64,000 nucleotides of DNA from positions 13,851-77,850 of the forward strand of contig DCIB01000022.1 of NCBI GenBank assembly GCA_002315915.1, in the 5' to 3' direction. Positions 1 through 10,251 of this stretch are shown here, one piece after another. Below the pieces are notes generated by a model that did no database searches, was not told where the DNA came from, and saw nothing but the letters and a program-made list of their open reading frames with translations. Numbering within the stretch: the first letter of the stretch is position 1; each line of letters starts with the position of its first letter. The position numbers and the translations under genes were made by a program. The stretch comes from Bacillales bacterium UBA1737 (lineage in GTDB: Bacteria; Bacillota_I; Bacilli_A; ML615J-28; CAG-313).

Positions 1-1
1 A

Positions 2-268
2 AAATCATTAATTGATACTATAAAATTATTAAAAAATAATAATTTTTTTGTTTATTCAACATCTTTAAAAGATTCTATTAATATAGCAGATTTACATATC
101 AATAAAAAATTTGCAGTTGTATTTGGTAATGAAGCACATGGAGTTTCAAAAGAAGTAATTGATTTATCCGATAATTCTATTATTATTCCAATGGAAAACG
201 ATTGTGAATCATTAAATGTATCTGTTGCATCGGGAATTATTTTATATGAATTAAAAAAATCTCTTTAA
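2..268 (+). CDS. SpoU/TrmH-family RNA 2'-O-methyltransferase, C-terminal fragment (5' end outside window)
   Basis: Frame 2 is open from the window edge to TAA 266-268. The translation ...FAVVFGNEAHGVSKEV...IIPMENDCESLNVSVASGIILYEL carries the SpoU motifs (GNEaxG, IPM, SLNVS). It is absent from the ORF track because it is 5'-truncated. Confidence 0.65.
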   Translation, partial: KSLIDTIKLLKNNNFFVYSTSLKDSINIADLHINKKFAVVFGNEAHGVSKEVIDLSDNSIIIPMENDCESLNVSVASGIILYELKKSL

Positions 269-290
269 GTATTTCTTAAAGAGATTTTTA
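257..290. terminator. Bidirectional intrinsic terminator between convergent genes
   Basis: Perfect 13-bp inverted repeat AAATCTCTTTAAG / CTTAAAGAGATTT (257-269 / 275-287), flanked by A-run and T-run. Confidence 0.6.
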
Positions 291-1949
291 TTATTGTACA
301 TTAAAACAAGAACCACCAATAAATTCTCTGATAATTGAGTTACATGGTATACATGATTCATCTTCAATAGATTCAAATAATGATAAATATCTGATAAGTC
401 TTTGAGCTGTTACATATTCACTATCGGCAATATCTATTTTTTCTAATTCTTTTAATGCGTATTTCTTAAATATACATTGTTCGTAACTTAATTCACTATT
501 AAATACGTAATCTGCACCTTCTTGGTTAGGATATATCCATTTAAATTCACCATTTCTTACACTTGGCCACATATTAATAGTTGTTTTAGGAGAATAATTT
601 CTAAATTTCATATCACGAACTATTCTTCTTATTAATCTTAAGTCTGTTGTAGAAAGTGGTGAATGATTATCGATATTTATTTGCATTTGAGGGGATATAT
701 ATATTTTGAATTTTTGATGTTTAGGTATTGAACTTGTTATTCTTTCGTTTAAAGCATGAATTCCTTCTATAATAATGGGTGATCCTTCACTTACTTTTAT
801 AGGTTTACCTTTAGTATGTTTTCTTTCTTTGAAATCATATACTGGTAATACTACTTCATCACCATTTATTAATTCGAATAAATGTTTATTAAATAATTCT
901 ATATCTAAACAATTTATATCTTCTAAATCAAGTTCATCTATTGGTTTATTTTGAATTTTAGATATTTCATCTTTTGGTAAATAATAATTATCCATAGATA
1001 TCATTACTGGATTAATACCTTTACTCATAAGTTCAATTCTAAGTCTATTACAGAATGTTGTTTTACCACTAGATGAAGGACCTGCTATACAAATAAGTCT
1101 GATATTTTCTTTATCTTTATTAATTAATTCACCTAGTTCTGCAAGCATATTATTATGTTTTGCTTCGCATGTTTGAATAAAATCCACAATGTTATTAGAT
1201 GAAACTTTCTTATTTAATCCATAAATAGTATCATTATTAGTATCTTTTCCCCATTTATAGGCTTGTCTTAAAGTTTTACCATATTTAGATTCTTCAATAA
1301 ATTGTGGTATTTCTTGATTTAATTCATATCTTGGATATTGAATAATTAGTCCAGGCGAATAGGGTCTTATAATATAGTTTTTAATATATCCTGTAGATGG
1401 AACCATATAATTATATAAAAAATCCCAATATCCATCACATTCATATATCTTTGTAATATCACGTTTAAGTGATTTTACAATATCAATTTTATCTATAAAT
1501 TGTTCATCTTTATAGTGATTAATTAATTCTTCTTGAGATATTTTATGAGATACTATTGTTATATCTTTATCAATAATTTCTTTGACTTTTTTGATAACGT
1601 CATCAGCATAATGATTCATTTTATATTTAGTATTTAATATTTCACAAAATATAGAACGAGATGCATTATATGAAAAACGAATTTTAATATTATTATCTAT
1701 TTCATAGAATGCTTTTGCAATAATAAATCTTAAAGTGGCTTCATATGCATGACCACCTTCAATATCTTCTAATCCATATAATTTAATTGTTGCACCATCA
1801 TATTTTTCTTTTAATCGATGGTTTAATTCTCGATAAGAATCATTTATTTTACAAATTAAATAGTTATGTGAAATAGAAGGATCAATTAAATCAATTACTC
1901 TTGTACCAATAGGACATTCTTTTATTTGATTTAAAATATGTACTTTCAT
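291..1949 (-). CDS. Uridine/nucleoside kinase-family protein with N-terminal TGS/ThrRS-like domain
   Basis: P-loop CIAGPSSSGKTTFCNRL followed by a uridine-kinase-like C-terminal half; the N-terminal half is TGS/ThrRS-editing-like. The start is moved to the ATG at 1949 (MKVHIL) because the GGAGG RBS lies inside the track's first 4 codons. Confidence 0.7.
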   Translation of the reverse strand: MKVHILNQIKECPIGTRVIDLIDPSISHNYLICKINDSYRELNHRLKEKYDGATIKLYGLEDIEGGHAYEATLRFIIAKAFYEIDNNIKIRFSYNASRSIFCEILNTKYKMNHYADDVIKKVKEIIDKDITIVSHKISQEELINHYKDEQFIDKIDIVKSLKRDITKIYECDGYWDFLYNYMVPSTGYIKNYIIRPYSPGLIIQYPRYELNQEIPQFIEESKYGKTLRQAYKWGKDTNNDTIYGLNKKVSSNNIVDFIQTCEAKHNNMLAELGELINKDKENIRLICIAGPSSSGKTTFCNRLRIELMSKGINPVMISMDNYYLPKDEISKIQNKPIDELDLEDINCLDIELFNKHLFELINGDEVVLPVYDFKERKHTKGKPIKVSEGSPIIIEGIHALNERITSSIPKHQKFKIYISPQMQINIDNHSPLSTTDLRLIRRIVRDMKFRNYSPKTTINMWPSVRNGEFKWIYPNQEGADYVFNSELSYEQCIFKKYALKELEKIDIADSEYVTAQRLIRYLSLFESIEDESCIPCNSIIREFIGGSCFNVQ

Positions 1950-2029
1950 ATTGACCTCCATAAATATCTTTATTAGGAATTATATTTTATCAAATATTTA
2001 GATGTAATTAAATCAAATAAGTAATATTA

Positions 2030-2058
2030 TTGTTAATAAAGGTATTTTGTGATAATAT
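2030..2058 (+). promoter_or_regulatory. Sigma-A-type promoter of the rimP-nusA-infB operon
   Basis: TTGTTA (2030-2035), 17-nt spacer, TAATAT (2053-2058) preceded by TGA (extended -10-like). Confidence 0.5.
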
Positions 2059-2083
2059 ATTAATAACTAAATATTACATATTT

Positions 2084-2117
2084 GGTGAGCTTAGAAATAA
2101 GCTCACCAATTTTATAT
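2084..2117 (+). promoter_or_regulatory. Leader hairpin / weak intrinsic terminator (candidate NusA-dependent attenuator)
   Basis: Perfect 10-bp stem GGTGAGCTTA-GAAA-TAAGCTCACC (2084-2107) followed by AATTTTATAT. It lies between the promoter and the rimP ATG. Confidence 0.5.
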
Positions 2118-2129
2118 GAAAGGTTGTAT

Positions 2130-2603
2130 ATGAATAGTTATTTAAGTAAAATTAAAGAATCTGCAATACCTATTATAGAATCTCATAATTTAGTATTTGA
2201 TTCTATTGAGGAATCTTTTGAATATGGAATTAATACTATAAGAGTATTTGTAGATAATCCAATAACTTTATCTTGTGATATTGATATTATTGAGGATATA
2301 ACAAAAGAGTTATTAGATAAAGTTAATGATGATATACCTGATGATTACTTTTTAGAAGTATCTAGTTTAGGTATTGAAAGAGTGTTTAAATCATTTGATG
2401 AGTTAAATAAAGCAATAGATGAATATATTTATTTAGAATTAAATAATATGTATTTAGATTATAAAACTAATTCTTTTTATGGATATTTAAGAAAAGTTAA
2501 TGATGATCAAATTGATTTAGAGATTAATATTAAAGGCAGAAAGAAAACAATTACTTGTTTAAAAGAAAATATTAAATTTATAAGAAAGGCTATTAAATTT
2601 TAA
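2130..2603 (+). CDS. rimP: Ribosome maturation factor RimP
   Basis: Located directly upstream of nusA, with RimP-like size and sequence. ATG 2130 is preceded by GAAAGG. The track's TTG 2082 start lies inside the leader hairpin. Confidence 0.8.
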   Translation: MNSYLSKIKESAIPIIESHNLVFDSIEESFEYGINTIRVFVDNPITLSCDIDIIEDITKELLDKVNDDIPDDYFLEVSSLGIERVFKSFDELNKAIDEYIYLELNNMYLDYKTNSFYGYLRKVNDDQIDLEINIKGRKKTITCLKENIKFIRKAIKF

Positions 2604-2621
2604 GGAGGATAAGAACAAAAA

Positions 2622-3710
2622 ATGATTAGTAAAAGTTTTTTTGAAACACTAGAAGCTGTTGCAGCATCTAGAGGTTTAGGTATTGAAGACATTGAACAAG
2701 CAGTAAGCGTTGCTCTTGCAAAAGGTTGTCAAGCAGATGAACATTCAGGTGTAATTGATGTTGTATTTGATGAAGTTGGGAAAAAAGTTAGAATTTATGA
2801 AAACTTTGTTATTGTAGATAAAGATAAAGAAGGCTATGAATTTCAAAAAGGAGATTTATCTTTAGAAGAAGGTAAAGAATATAAAGATAGATTAAGAATT
2901 GGATCTAAAATAAGAAAAGAAATTGCTTTTGATTCAATATCTAGAACTGGTGTAACACGTTTTAAACAAGTGTTTACTCAAGAATTACGTTTGGTAGAAA
3001 TTAAAAGAGCTTATGAATTCTTCCGTGAAAATGAAGGTGAAGTTATAAATGCAACAGTAGAACATGTTACTGATAAAGCAGTTATTCTTAACATTGGATA
3101 TAATGTAACTTCATATATGCCGTTAGAAGATGGTATTGCTGGTGAAGAATATTTACCTGGAAAACAAGTTAAAGTATGTGTTTCTAAAGTAGAAGAAACT
3201 ACTAAAGGTCCAAAAGTATATGTAACTCGTTCTACTAAAGAAATTGTTAAACGTTTATTTGAAGCATATGTTCCTGAAGTTTCACAAGGTGTAATCGATG
3301 TTATGAGTATAGCTCGTGATCCTGGTAAGAGAACAAAAGTTGCTGTTAAGTCTAATAATGTTAATGTAGATGCTAAAGCTACTTGTATTGGTATGGGTGG
3401 TTCTCGTATTAAGGAAATTAACGCATCACTTAATGGTGAAAGAATTGATATATTTACATGGAATACAGATCCTATTAAATTAATTAGTGAATCACTAACT
3501 CCTGCTGTATGTCTTTCTGTAATGTTAGATGAAGAAAACCGTAAATCTATTGTAATTGTATCTGATGATCAATTTAGTTTAGCTATTGGTAAAGGTGGAC
3601 AAAACGTTCGTCTTGCATCACTTGCTACAGGTTGGAAAATTGATATAAAGAATGAAACTCAAGCACAAGAAGAAGGTATTGAGTTTATTCCTAATGTATA
3701 TCACGCATAA
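2622..3710 (+). CDS. nusA: Transcription termination/antitermination factor NusA
   Basis: N-terminal domain, S1 and two KH domains (GMGGSRIKEI, IGKGGQNVRLAS); RBS AAGGAGG upstream. Confidence 0.95.
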   Translation: MISKSFFETLEAVAASRGLGIEDIEQAVSVALAKGCQADEHSGVIDVVFDEVGKKVRIYENFVIVDKDKEGYEFQKGDLSLEEGKEYKDRLRIGSKIRKEIAFDSISRTGVTRFKQVFTQELRLVEIKRAYEFFRENEGEVINATVEHVTDKAVILNIGYNVTSYMPLEDGIAGEEYLPGKQVKVCVSKVEETTKGPKVYVTRSTKEIVKRLFEAYVPEVSQGVIDVMSIARDPGKRTKVAVKSNNVNVDAKATCIGMGGSRIKEINASLNGERIDIFTWNTDPIKLISESLTPAVCLSVMLDEENRKSIVIVSDDQFSLAIGKGGQNVRLASLATGWKIDIKNETQAQEEGIEFIPNVYHA

Positions 3711-3715
3711 ATAAT

Positions 3716-3985
3716 ATGAATCAAGTTAAAGCAAAAAAAGTTCCAATGCGTAAATGTGTTGCTACAAATAATCAATTTCCTAAATCAGAAATGATTAGAA
3801 TCGTTAGAACTCCATTAAATGAAGTTGTAATTGATTCTACAGGTAAATTAAGAGGACACGGTGTATATCTATCAAAAGATATAAAAGCAGTAGAACTTGC
3901 TAAGAAGAAAAATCTTTTATCTAAATCATTAGAAATAGAAGTAAAAGATGATATCTATCAAGAATTAATTAAATTATTAAAATAA
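3716..3985 (+). CDS. ylxR: YlxR/RnpM (DUF448) RNA-binding protein
   Basis: The PMRKCVATN...GHGVYL motif and the conserved position between nusA and infB. Confidence 0.85.
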   Translation: MNQVKAKKVPMRKCVATNNQFPKSEMIRIVRTPLNEVVIDSTGKLRGHGVYLSKDIKAVELAKKKNLLSKSLEIEVKDDIYQELIKLLK

Positions 3986-4281
3986 TGGATAAAATATTAC
4001 AAAATTTAGGGCTTTGTAAAAAAGCTAATAAACTAGTAGCAGGATTTGATATTGTACAAGAAAAAATGTCAAAAGGTTTAGTTAAGATGATTTTTATTGC
4101 AAATGATGCATCAGCTAATACAATATCACATTTAGAATCAAAGTCTTGTTATCATAATGTTATTGTAAATAAGAATTATTCATCTATAGAATTAAATAAC
4201 GCAATAGGTTTAAATAATATTAAAGTAATAGGTATTACTGATATTGGATTTGTTAAGTTATTAAATTCTTGTAATAAATAG
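3985..4281 (+). CDS. ylxQ: L7Ae/YlxQ-family RNA-binding protein
   Basis: LGLCKKANKLVAG motif; TAATG overlap with ylxR; conserved operon position. Confidence 0.75.
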   Translation: MDKILQNLGLCKKANKLVAGFDIVQEKMSKGLVKMIFIANDASANTISHLESKSCYHNVIVNKNYSSIELNNAIGLNNIKVIGITDIGFVKLLNSCNK

Positions 4282-4293
4282 AAAGGAAAATTT

Positions 4294-6597
4294 ATGATTG
4301 TTAAAAAAGTTGCTGAATTCTTAAAAATTGAACCTAAAGAATTATTAGATTTATTAAAAAATATTGCATTTGGAACAACTTATACTGAAGAATCAGATTT
4401 ATCAAAAGAACTTGAAAAGAAGTTAGCAAAAAAATATGATGTTCCATATCCTTTTAAAGAGAAAAAAGTAGTTGAAACACCAGTTATTAAAGATACTAAA
4501 GAAAAAGTTGAAGTAAATATTAAAGTTGAAAAAGTTAATAATGATGTTTCAAAAAAGGAAGTCAAAAAAGATTCTATAGTAAAAGAAGAAAAAGTAGAAA
4601 AAATAGTTATCGAAGAAGCAAAAGAAGTAAAACCAATTATTCGTGAAGAAGAAAAGGTTGAATCTAAATTTGATGAAGAATATATGGAAGAATATGATGA
4701 TTATTTAAAAGGTGATGAATATAATGCATCACTTACTCAACGTATTCATCAACATGGTGCAAAAACTAATGAAACTATAAATAAAAAGAATAAACAAACT
4801 AAATCACGTGCTGAAAAAAGAGCCGGTTCTTTAAAAGAAAATAAAGAAGAGAATGTTATTTATTATGAAAATGGTATGACAACACTTGATGTTGCAGAAG
4901 CTATGAATGTATCTATAACTGATTTAGTTAAGAAACTATTTACCTCTATGGGTGTATTTGCATCAGCTACTCAAACTTTAGATAAAGATACAGTAGAATT
5001 AATAGGTATGGAATATGGTTTTGAAGTTAAAAATAAAACTGTAACTGACTTAGTTAGATTTGATGAAATAGAAATAGTTGATAAGGAAGAAGATTTACGT
5101 CCAAGACCAGCTATTGTTACTATTATGGGTCACGTAGATCATGGTAAAACTACTTTATTAGATCATATTAGAAATTCACATGTAACTAGTGGTGAAGCTG
5201 GTGGAATTACTCAACATATTGGTGCTTATCAAGTAGAAAAAAGCGGTAAATTAATTACTTTTATTGATACACCAGGGCATGCAGCATTTACTGAAATGCG
5301 TGCACGTGGAGCTCAAGTTACGGATATTGTTATATTAGTAGTTGCAGCTGATGATGGTGTTATGCCACAAACTAAAGAAGCTATTGAACATGCACAAGCA
5401 GCTGGTGTTCCAATTATTGTTGCAGTTAATAAAATGGATAAACAAGGTGTATCACCAGAAAAAATTAAACAAGAATTAATGAATTATAATCTTGTACCAG
5501 AAGAATGGGGTGGAGATACAGTATATTGTCCAATTTCTGCTAAGACTGGTATGGGTGTTGATGAATTACTTGAAATGGTTATCTTAATATCTGATATGAA
5601 AGATTTTAAAGCTAATCCATCACGTCTTGCAGTAGGAAGTGTTATTGAAGCTAGATTAGATAAAGGTAGAGGACCAGTTGCAACCCTTCTTGTTCAAAAT
5701 GGTACATTAAAAGTTGGTGACTCTATAGTTGTAGGTAATACATATGGAAAAATACGTGCAATGCAAGATGAAAACGGAAGATCCGTTAAAGAAGCATTAC
5801 CTGCAAAACCAGTTGAAGTTACTGGAATTAATGAAGTACCACAAGCTGGTGAAAAATTCATGGTATTAGACGATGAAAAGAGTGTTAAAGCTATTGCAGA
5901 AATAAGAGCTGAAAATAAATTAAATGAAGATATTAATGCTTTACATACTGCATCACTATCTAATATGGCAAAAGAAGATGGAGAAATTAAGAATCTTAAT
6001 TTGATTATTAAATGTGATGTACAAGGTTCTATTGAAGCTATTAAAGGTTTAATTCAAAAAATAGATATAGAAGGAATTAAAATTAATATTATTGGAGCTC
6101 GTGTTGGTGGAATAACAGATAATGATATATCACTTGCAGTTGCTTCTCAAGCAATAGTTATTGGTTTTAATGTTCGTCCTAATTCTCAAATAACAGATCT
6201 TGCTAAAGATAAACATATAGAAATTCGTTTATATGATATTATTTATAAATTACAAGAAGATATTGAAGCAGCAGCTAAAGGTATGTTAGATCCAGTATTT
6301 GAAGAAAAAGTAACTGGTGAAGCTGAAGTTAGAGAAATATTTAAGATATCTAAGATTGGTACTATTGCTGGTAGCATGGTTACTAAAGGTGAAGTTAAAC
6401 GTAATGGCTCAGTTAGAATCATTCGTGATAGTATTGTAATTTATACAGGACATATTGCTGGACTTCGTCGTTTTAAAGATGATGTTAAAGAAGTAAAAGA
6501 AGGATTTGATTGTGGTATTAATGTAGAAAACTTTAATGATATTAAAGTTGGAGATATCTTTGAATGCTTCGTAATGGAAGAGGTAAAAACTCTATAA
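4294..6597 (+). CDS. infB: Translation initiation factor IF-2
   Basis: G-domain motifs GHVDHGKTT, DTPGH and NKMD; K/E-rich N-terminal region. Confidence 0.97.
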   Translation: MIVKKVAEFLKIEPKELLDLLKNIAFGTTYTEESDLSKELEKKLAKKYDVPYPFKEKKVVETPVIKDTKEKVEVNIKVEKVNNDVSKKEVKKDSIVKEEKVEKIVIEEAKEVKPIIREEEKVESKFDEEYMEEYDDYLKGDEYNASLTQRIHQHGAKTNETINKKNKQTKSRAEKRAGSLKENKEENVIYYENGMTTLDVAEAMNVSITDLVKKLFTSMGVFASATQTLDKDTVELIGMEYGFEVKNKTVTDLVRFDEIEIVDKEEDLRPRPAIVTIMGHVDHGKTTLLDHIRNSHVTSGEAGGITQHIGAYQVEKSGKLITFIDTPGHAAFTEMRARGAQVTDIVILVVAADDGVMPQTKEAIEHAQAAGVPIIVAVNKMDKQGVSPEKIKQELMNYNLVPEEWGGDTVYCPISAKTGMGVDELLEMVILISDMKDFKANPSRLAVGSVIEARLDKGRGPVATLLVQNGTLKVGDSIVVGNTYGKIRAMQDENGRSVKEALPAKPVEVTGINEVPQAGEKFMVLDDEKSVKAIAEIRAENKLNEDINALHTASLSNMAKEDGEIKNLNLIIKCDVQGSIEAIKGLIQKIDIEGIKINIIGARVGGITDNDISLAVASQAIVIGFNVRPNSQITDLAKDKHIEIRLYDIIYKLQEDIEAAAKGMLDPVFEEKVTGEAEVREIFKISKIGTIAGSMVTKGEVKRNGSVRIIRDSIVIYTGHIAGLRRFKDDVKEVKEGFDCGINVENFNDIKVGDIFECFVMEEVKTL

Positions 6598-6598
6598 T

Positions 6599-6949
6599 AT
6601 GGCTTATAGAACAGAAAGAGTTGAAAGCATAATACGTAAAGAATTATCTAACATATTATTATTTGAAGCACATGATGCTCATTTAAAATATGTATCTATT
6701 ACAAAAGTATCTTTAAATAAAGATATGAGTGTTGCTTTAATATGGTATACAGTTATGGGCACCAAAGAAGAAATAGAAGCAACAAAAGCTATTCTAGAAA
6801 AATCAAAAGGATATTTACGTAGTTCTATTGCAAAAAAACTTGATTTAAGAAAAACACCAGAATTAAGATTTAAATATGATGAATCATTAGAATATGGTGC
6901 TCATATAGAAGAAATACTAAATAATATAAATAAAAATGAAGAAAAATAG
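6599..6949 (+). CDS. rbfA: Ribosome-binding factor A
   Basis: RTERVESIIRKELSNIL...PELRFKYD is typical of RbfA, and the gene follows infB. Confidence 0.9.
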   Translation: MAYRTERVESIIRKELSNILLFEAHDAHLKYVSITKVSLNKDMSVALIWYTVMGTKEEIEATKAILEKSKGYLRSSIAKKLDLRKTPELRFKYDESLEYGAHIEEILNNINKNEEK

Positions 6950-8414
6950 AGAAAGTGGTATATTAATGCCATTATTTAGTCTTCCTAATTCTTATGGAAT
7001 AGGAAGCCTAGGACACGATGCATATAATTATGTAGATTTTTTATATAAATCTAATATTAAATATTGGCAATTATTACCTTTAAATCCAACTTCATATGGA
7101 GATTCTCCATATCAATCATTTTCTGCTTTTGCAGGTAACCCTTATTTTATAGATTTAGAAACTTTACAAGAAAAAGGTTATTTAACAAAAGAAGAAGTTG
7201 ATTCATTATTTGATGAATCAACTTCAATTGATTATGAAAAATTATATAAAACTAGATTTAATATTTTATATACAGCATATAAAAGATTTGATAAATCTAA
7301 AATGAATAATTTTATAAAAGAAAATAAAGATTGGTTAGAAGGTTATTCATTATTTATGACTATTAAAAATAGTTTTAATGATGTATCATTTCTATCTTGG
7401 CCTAGTGAATATATAACTCATGATGAAGATACTATTGATTCTTTTATAAAAGATAATCAAGATAGAATAGATTTTTGGAATTTTATTCAATATGAATTCT
7501 ATGAAGAGTATTTTACATTAAAAGAATATGCTAATTCTAAAGGTGTATATTTAATTGGTGATATGCCAATATATGTATCTTTAGATTCAAGTGATGTTTG
7601 GAATAATAAGAATGAATTTTTATTAGATGAAAGATATAATCCAACACTTGTTGCTGGAGTACCTCCAGATTATTTTTCTCCGAATGGTCAATTATGGGGT
7701 AATCCATTATATGATTATGATTACATGAAGAAAAATAATTATTCATGGTGGATTAAAAGAATTAAAGCAGCATCTAAAATGTATGATTTAGTTAGAATTG
7801 ATCATTTTAGAGGTTTTGAATCATTTTATGCTATTAAAGCAGGTGAATCAACAGCAATTAATGGTACTTGGATAAAAGGACCAGGAGCATCTTTATTTAA
7901 AGAAGCAGAAAAATGTTTAGGTAAATTAAATATAATTGCAGAAAATTTAGGACTAATCACTAAAGAAGTAGATGATATGATTAATGAATTAGGATATCCT
8001 GGTATGAAAGTATCTCAATTTTCATTTAAAAAAGGTGTTAGTACCGATGCAGCATTCTTTAATTTAGAATATAATTGTGTTTGTTATCCTGGTACTCATG
8101 ATAATGAACCTATAAGATCATGGTTTAATAGTTTAGATCAAAGTATGAAAGAGTTTATTATGGATAGATTATTCATTAAAGATGAATATGATATTGGTAA
8201 TGCATTAATAAGAGCTGTATTAAATAGTGTTTGTAAATATGCAATAATACCTATGTGGGATTATTTACAAAAAGGTCATGAATCTAGAATTAATACTCCA
8301 TCAACTATGGGTAATAATTGGAAGTTTAGAATAGAAAAAAATGATTTAAATGATGATTTAGCTAATTATATAAATCATTTACAATATATTTACTGTAGAA
8401 ATATGCATAATTAA
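6936..8414 (+). CDS. malQ: 4-alpha-glucanotransferase (amylomaltase, GH77)
   Basis: N-terminus RESGILMPLFSLPNSYGIGSLG plus SPYQSFSAFAGNP, GDMPIYV, RIDHFRGF and GTHDN motifs. The start overlaps the rbfA 3' end by 14 nt. Confidence 0.9.
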   Translation: MKKNRESGILMPLFSLPNSYGIGSLGHDAYNYVDFLYKSNIKYWQLLPLNPTSYGDSPYQSFSAFAGNPYFIDLETLQEKGYLTKEEVDSLFDESTSIDYEKLYKTRFNILYTAYKRFDKSKMNNFIKENKDWLEGYSLFMTIKNSFNDVSFLSWPSEYITHDEDTIDSFIKDNQDRIDFWNFIQYEFYEEYFTLKEYANSKGVYLIGDMPIYVSLDSSDVWNNKNEFLLDERYNPTLVAGVPPDYFSPNGQLWGNPLYDYDYMKKNNYSWWIKRIKAASKMYDLVRIDHFRGFESFYAIKAGESTAINGTWIKGPGASLFKEAEKCLGKLNIIAENLGLITKEVDDMINELGYPGMKVSQFSFKKGVSTDAAFFNLEYNCVCYPGTHDNEPIRSWFNSLDQSMKEFIMDRLFIKDEYDIGNALIRAVLNSVCKYAIIPMWDYLQKGHESRINTPSTMGNNWKFRIEKNDLNDDLANYINHLQYIYCRNMHN

Positions 8415-8436
8415 TATTTATTGAAAGGAGTTTCTT

Positions 8437-10230
8437 ATGAATAATGATATAAAATCATATATAAAAGATAAATTATCATTAGTACCACTTAAACCTGGTT
8501 GTTATCAAATGTATAACAAAGATGGTGTAATCATATATGTTGGTAAAGCAAAACTCCTTCAAAATAGATTAAAAAGTTATTTTACAGGTGCTCATGATGC
8601 TAAAACTACCCAAATGGTATCAGAAGTAGTTAATTTTGAATATATAATTACTAATTCTGAAAAAGAAGCATTCTTATTAGAACATAATTTTATTAAAGAA
8701 TATAGACCGTTTTATAATATATTACTTATGGATGATAAAACATATCCATATATAGTTATTACAAATGAAACATCTCCTAGAGTTATTGTATCTAGAGACA
8801 TATCTAAGATGAAAAAACGAAACGGATATAAATTATATGGCCCATATCCAAATGTTAAAGCATGTAATGATGCTGTAGAAGTTATCAATAAAGTATATCC
8901 ATTTAGAAAATGTCATGAAATACCTAAGAAAAAATGTATTTATTATGATATGCATAACTGTTTAGCACCATGTATTAATAAAATAACAAGAAATGATTAT
9001 CAAGAATATTTAGATAAGGTAACTAAGTTTTTAAATGGAACATCTAAAGATGTTTTACAAGAATTAAATAATCTAATGCTTAAAGCATCAGATAATTTAG
9101 AATTTGAAAAAGCTTTAGAATATAAAGAATTAATTGATAGTATATCAATAGTTCCAGAAAAAGAAAAGATTACATTAAATGATGGTATTACAAGAGATAT
9201 ATTTGGCTACTATGTTAAAAATGATACTATATGTATACAAGTATTACATATGCGTCAAGGTAAAATTATCGAAAGAAACGGCGAAATATTTGATTTAGTA
9301 GATGATTTAGATGAAGTATTCTTATCATTTATATATGAATTTTATGATTCAAATAAAATAACTGTTCCAGAAGAAATATTAATACCAGATATTAATGATT
9401 ATCAAATATTAGAAGAATTATTAGATACTAAAGTAATAGTTCCAAAAATTGGCTTGAAGAAACAACTTGTTGATATGGTTTCTGAGAATGCATTTAATAA
9501 AGCTGATTCATTAGAAAAATTAAAATTATTAAAGATTTCTAAAACAAAAGAACCATTAATAGAATTACAAAATATTTTAAATATCACATTTCCGAAAGTA
9601 ATAGAATTATTTGATAATTCAAATATTCAAGGAGTATCAAGTATTTCTGCTATGGTAACTTATATAGATGGAGTTCCATCTTATAAAGATTATAGAAAAT
9701 ATAATGTAAAAACAGTTATTGGTGCAGATGATTTTCATACAATGCAAGAAGTATTAACCCGTAGATATAAAAGAGTTATAAAAGATAACTTACGTAAGCC
9801 AAATTTAGTTATTGTAGATGGCGGATTACCTCAAGTAATGGCAGCTCAAGAAATATTTGAGAATTTAAATATTACTGATATTAATTTAATTGGTCTTGAA
9901 AAAGATGATCATCATAGAACTAAATCTATAGTTACTATATATGGAGAACATATAGATTTAGATAAGCATTCTAATTTATTTTTATTATTAGAAGCAATGC
10001 AAGATGAAGTACATCGATTTGCAATAACATTCTTTAGAAATAAACATACTAAAAATACATTTAAAAGTATAATTGATTCTATTGAAGGTATAGGAGATAA
10101 AAGAAAAAAGATGATTTTATCATCTTTTGATTCAATTGATGATTTAAAACATACATCAATTGAAAATTTAAGATCTTTAGGCATTCCTAAAGATACAGCA
10201 GAAAAATTATTAAACGAATTAAATAAGTAA
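8437..10230 (+). CDS. uvrC: Excinuclease ABC subunit C
   Basis: GIY-YIG N-terminus (GCYQMYNKDGVIIYVGKAK), UVR domain, RNase H-like endonuclease domain and C-terminal HhH. Confidence 0.95.
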   Translation: MNNDIKSYIKDKLSLVPLKPGCYQMYNKDGVIIYVGKAKLLQNRLKSYFTGAHDAKTTQMVSEVVNFEYIITNSEKEAFLLEHNFIKEYRPFYNILLMDDKTYPYIVITNETSPRVIVSRDISKMKKRNGYKLYGPYPNVKACNDAVEVINKVYPFRKCHEIPKKKCIYYDMHNCLAPCINKITRNDYQEYLDKVTKFLNGTSKDVLQELNNLMLKASDNLEFEKALEYKELIDSISIVPEKEKITLNDGITRDIFGYYVKNDTICIQVLHMRQGKIIERNGEIFDLVDDLDEVFLSFIYEFYDSNKITVPEEILIPDINDYQILEELLDTKVIVPKIGLKKQLVDMVSENAFNKADSLEKLKLLKISKTKEPLIELQNILNITFPKVIELFDNSNIQGVSSISAMVTYIDGVPSYKDYRKYNVKTVIGADDFHTMQEVLTRRYKRVIKDNLRKPNLVIVDGGLPQVMAAQEIFENLNITDINLIGLEKDDHHRTKSIVTIYGEHIDLDKHSNLFLLLEAMQDEVHRFAITFFRNKHTKNTFKSIIDSIEGIGDKRKKMILSSFDSIDDLKHTSIENLRSLGIPKDTAEKLLNELNK

Positions 10231-10251
10231 TTTTAATATAAGGAGGTAAAA

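Noticed and set aside
2082-2129. Track N-terminal extensions from alternative (TTG/GTG) or upstream ATG start codons
   Set aside because: The 2082 start lies in the leader hairpin. The 47415 start is the topA -35 box. The 35751 start is inside the hpf terminator. The 36410, 32261 and 16903 starts lie within upstream genes. The 28480, 26942 and 19068 starts lack an RBS, whereas a downstream ATG has one. The 1961 start (an ATG) was likewise trimmed to ATG 1949 because the GGAGG RBS lies inside its first four codons. Homology-consistent ATG starts were used instead.
4440-4720. Repetitive K/E/V-rich stretch in infB as a possible repeat element
   Set aside because: This is the normal low-complexity N-terminal region of IF-2, in frame and without exact DNA repeats.
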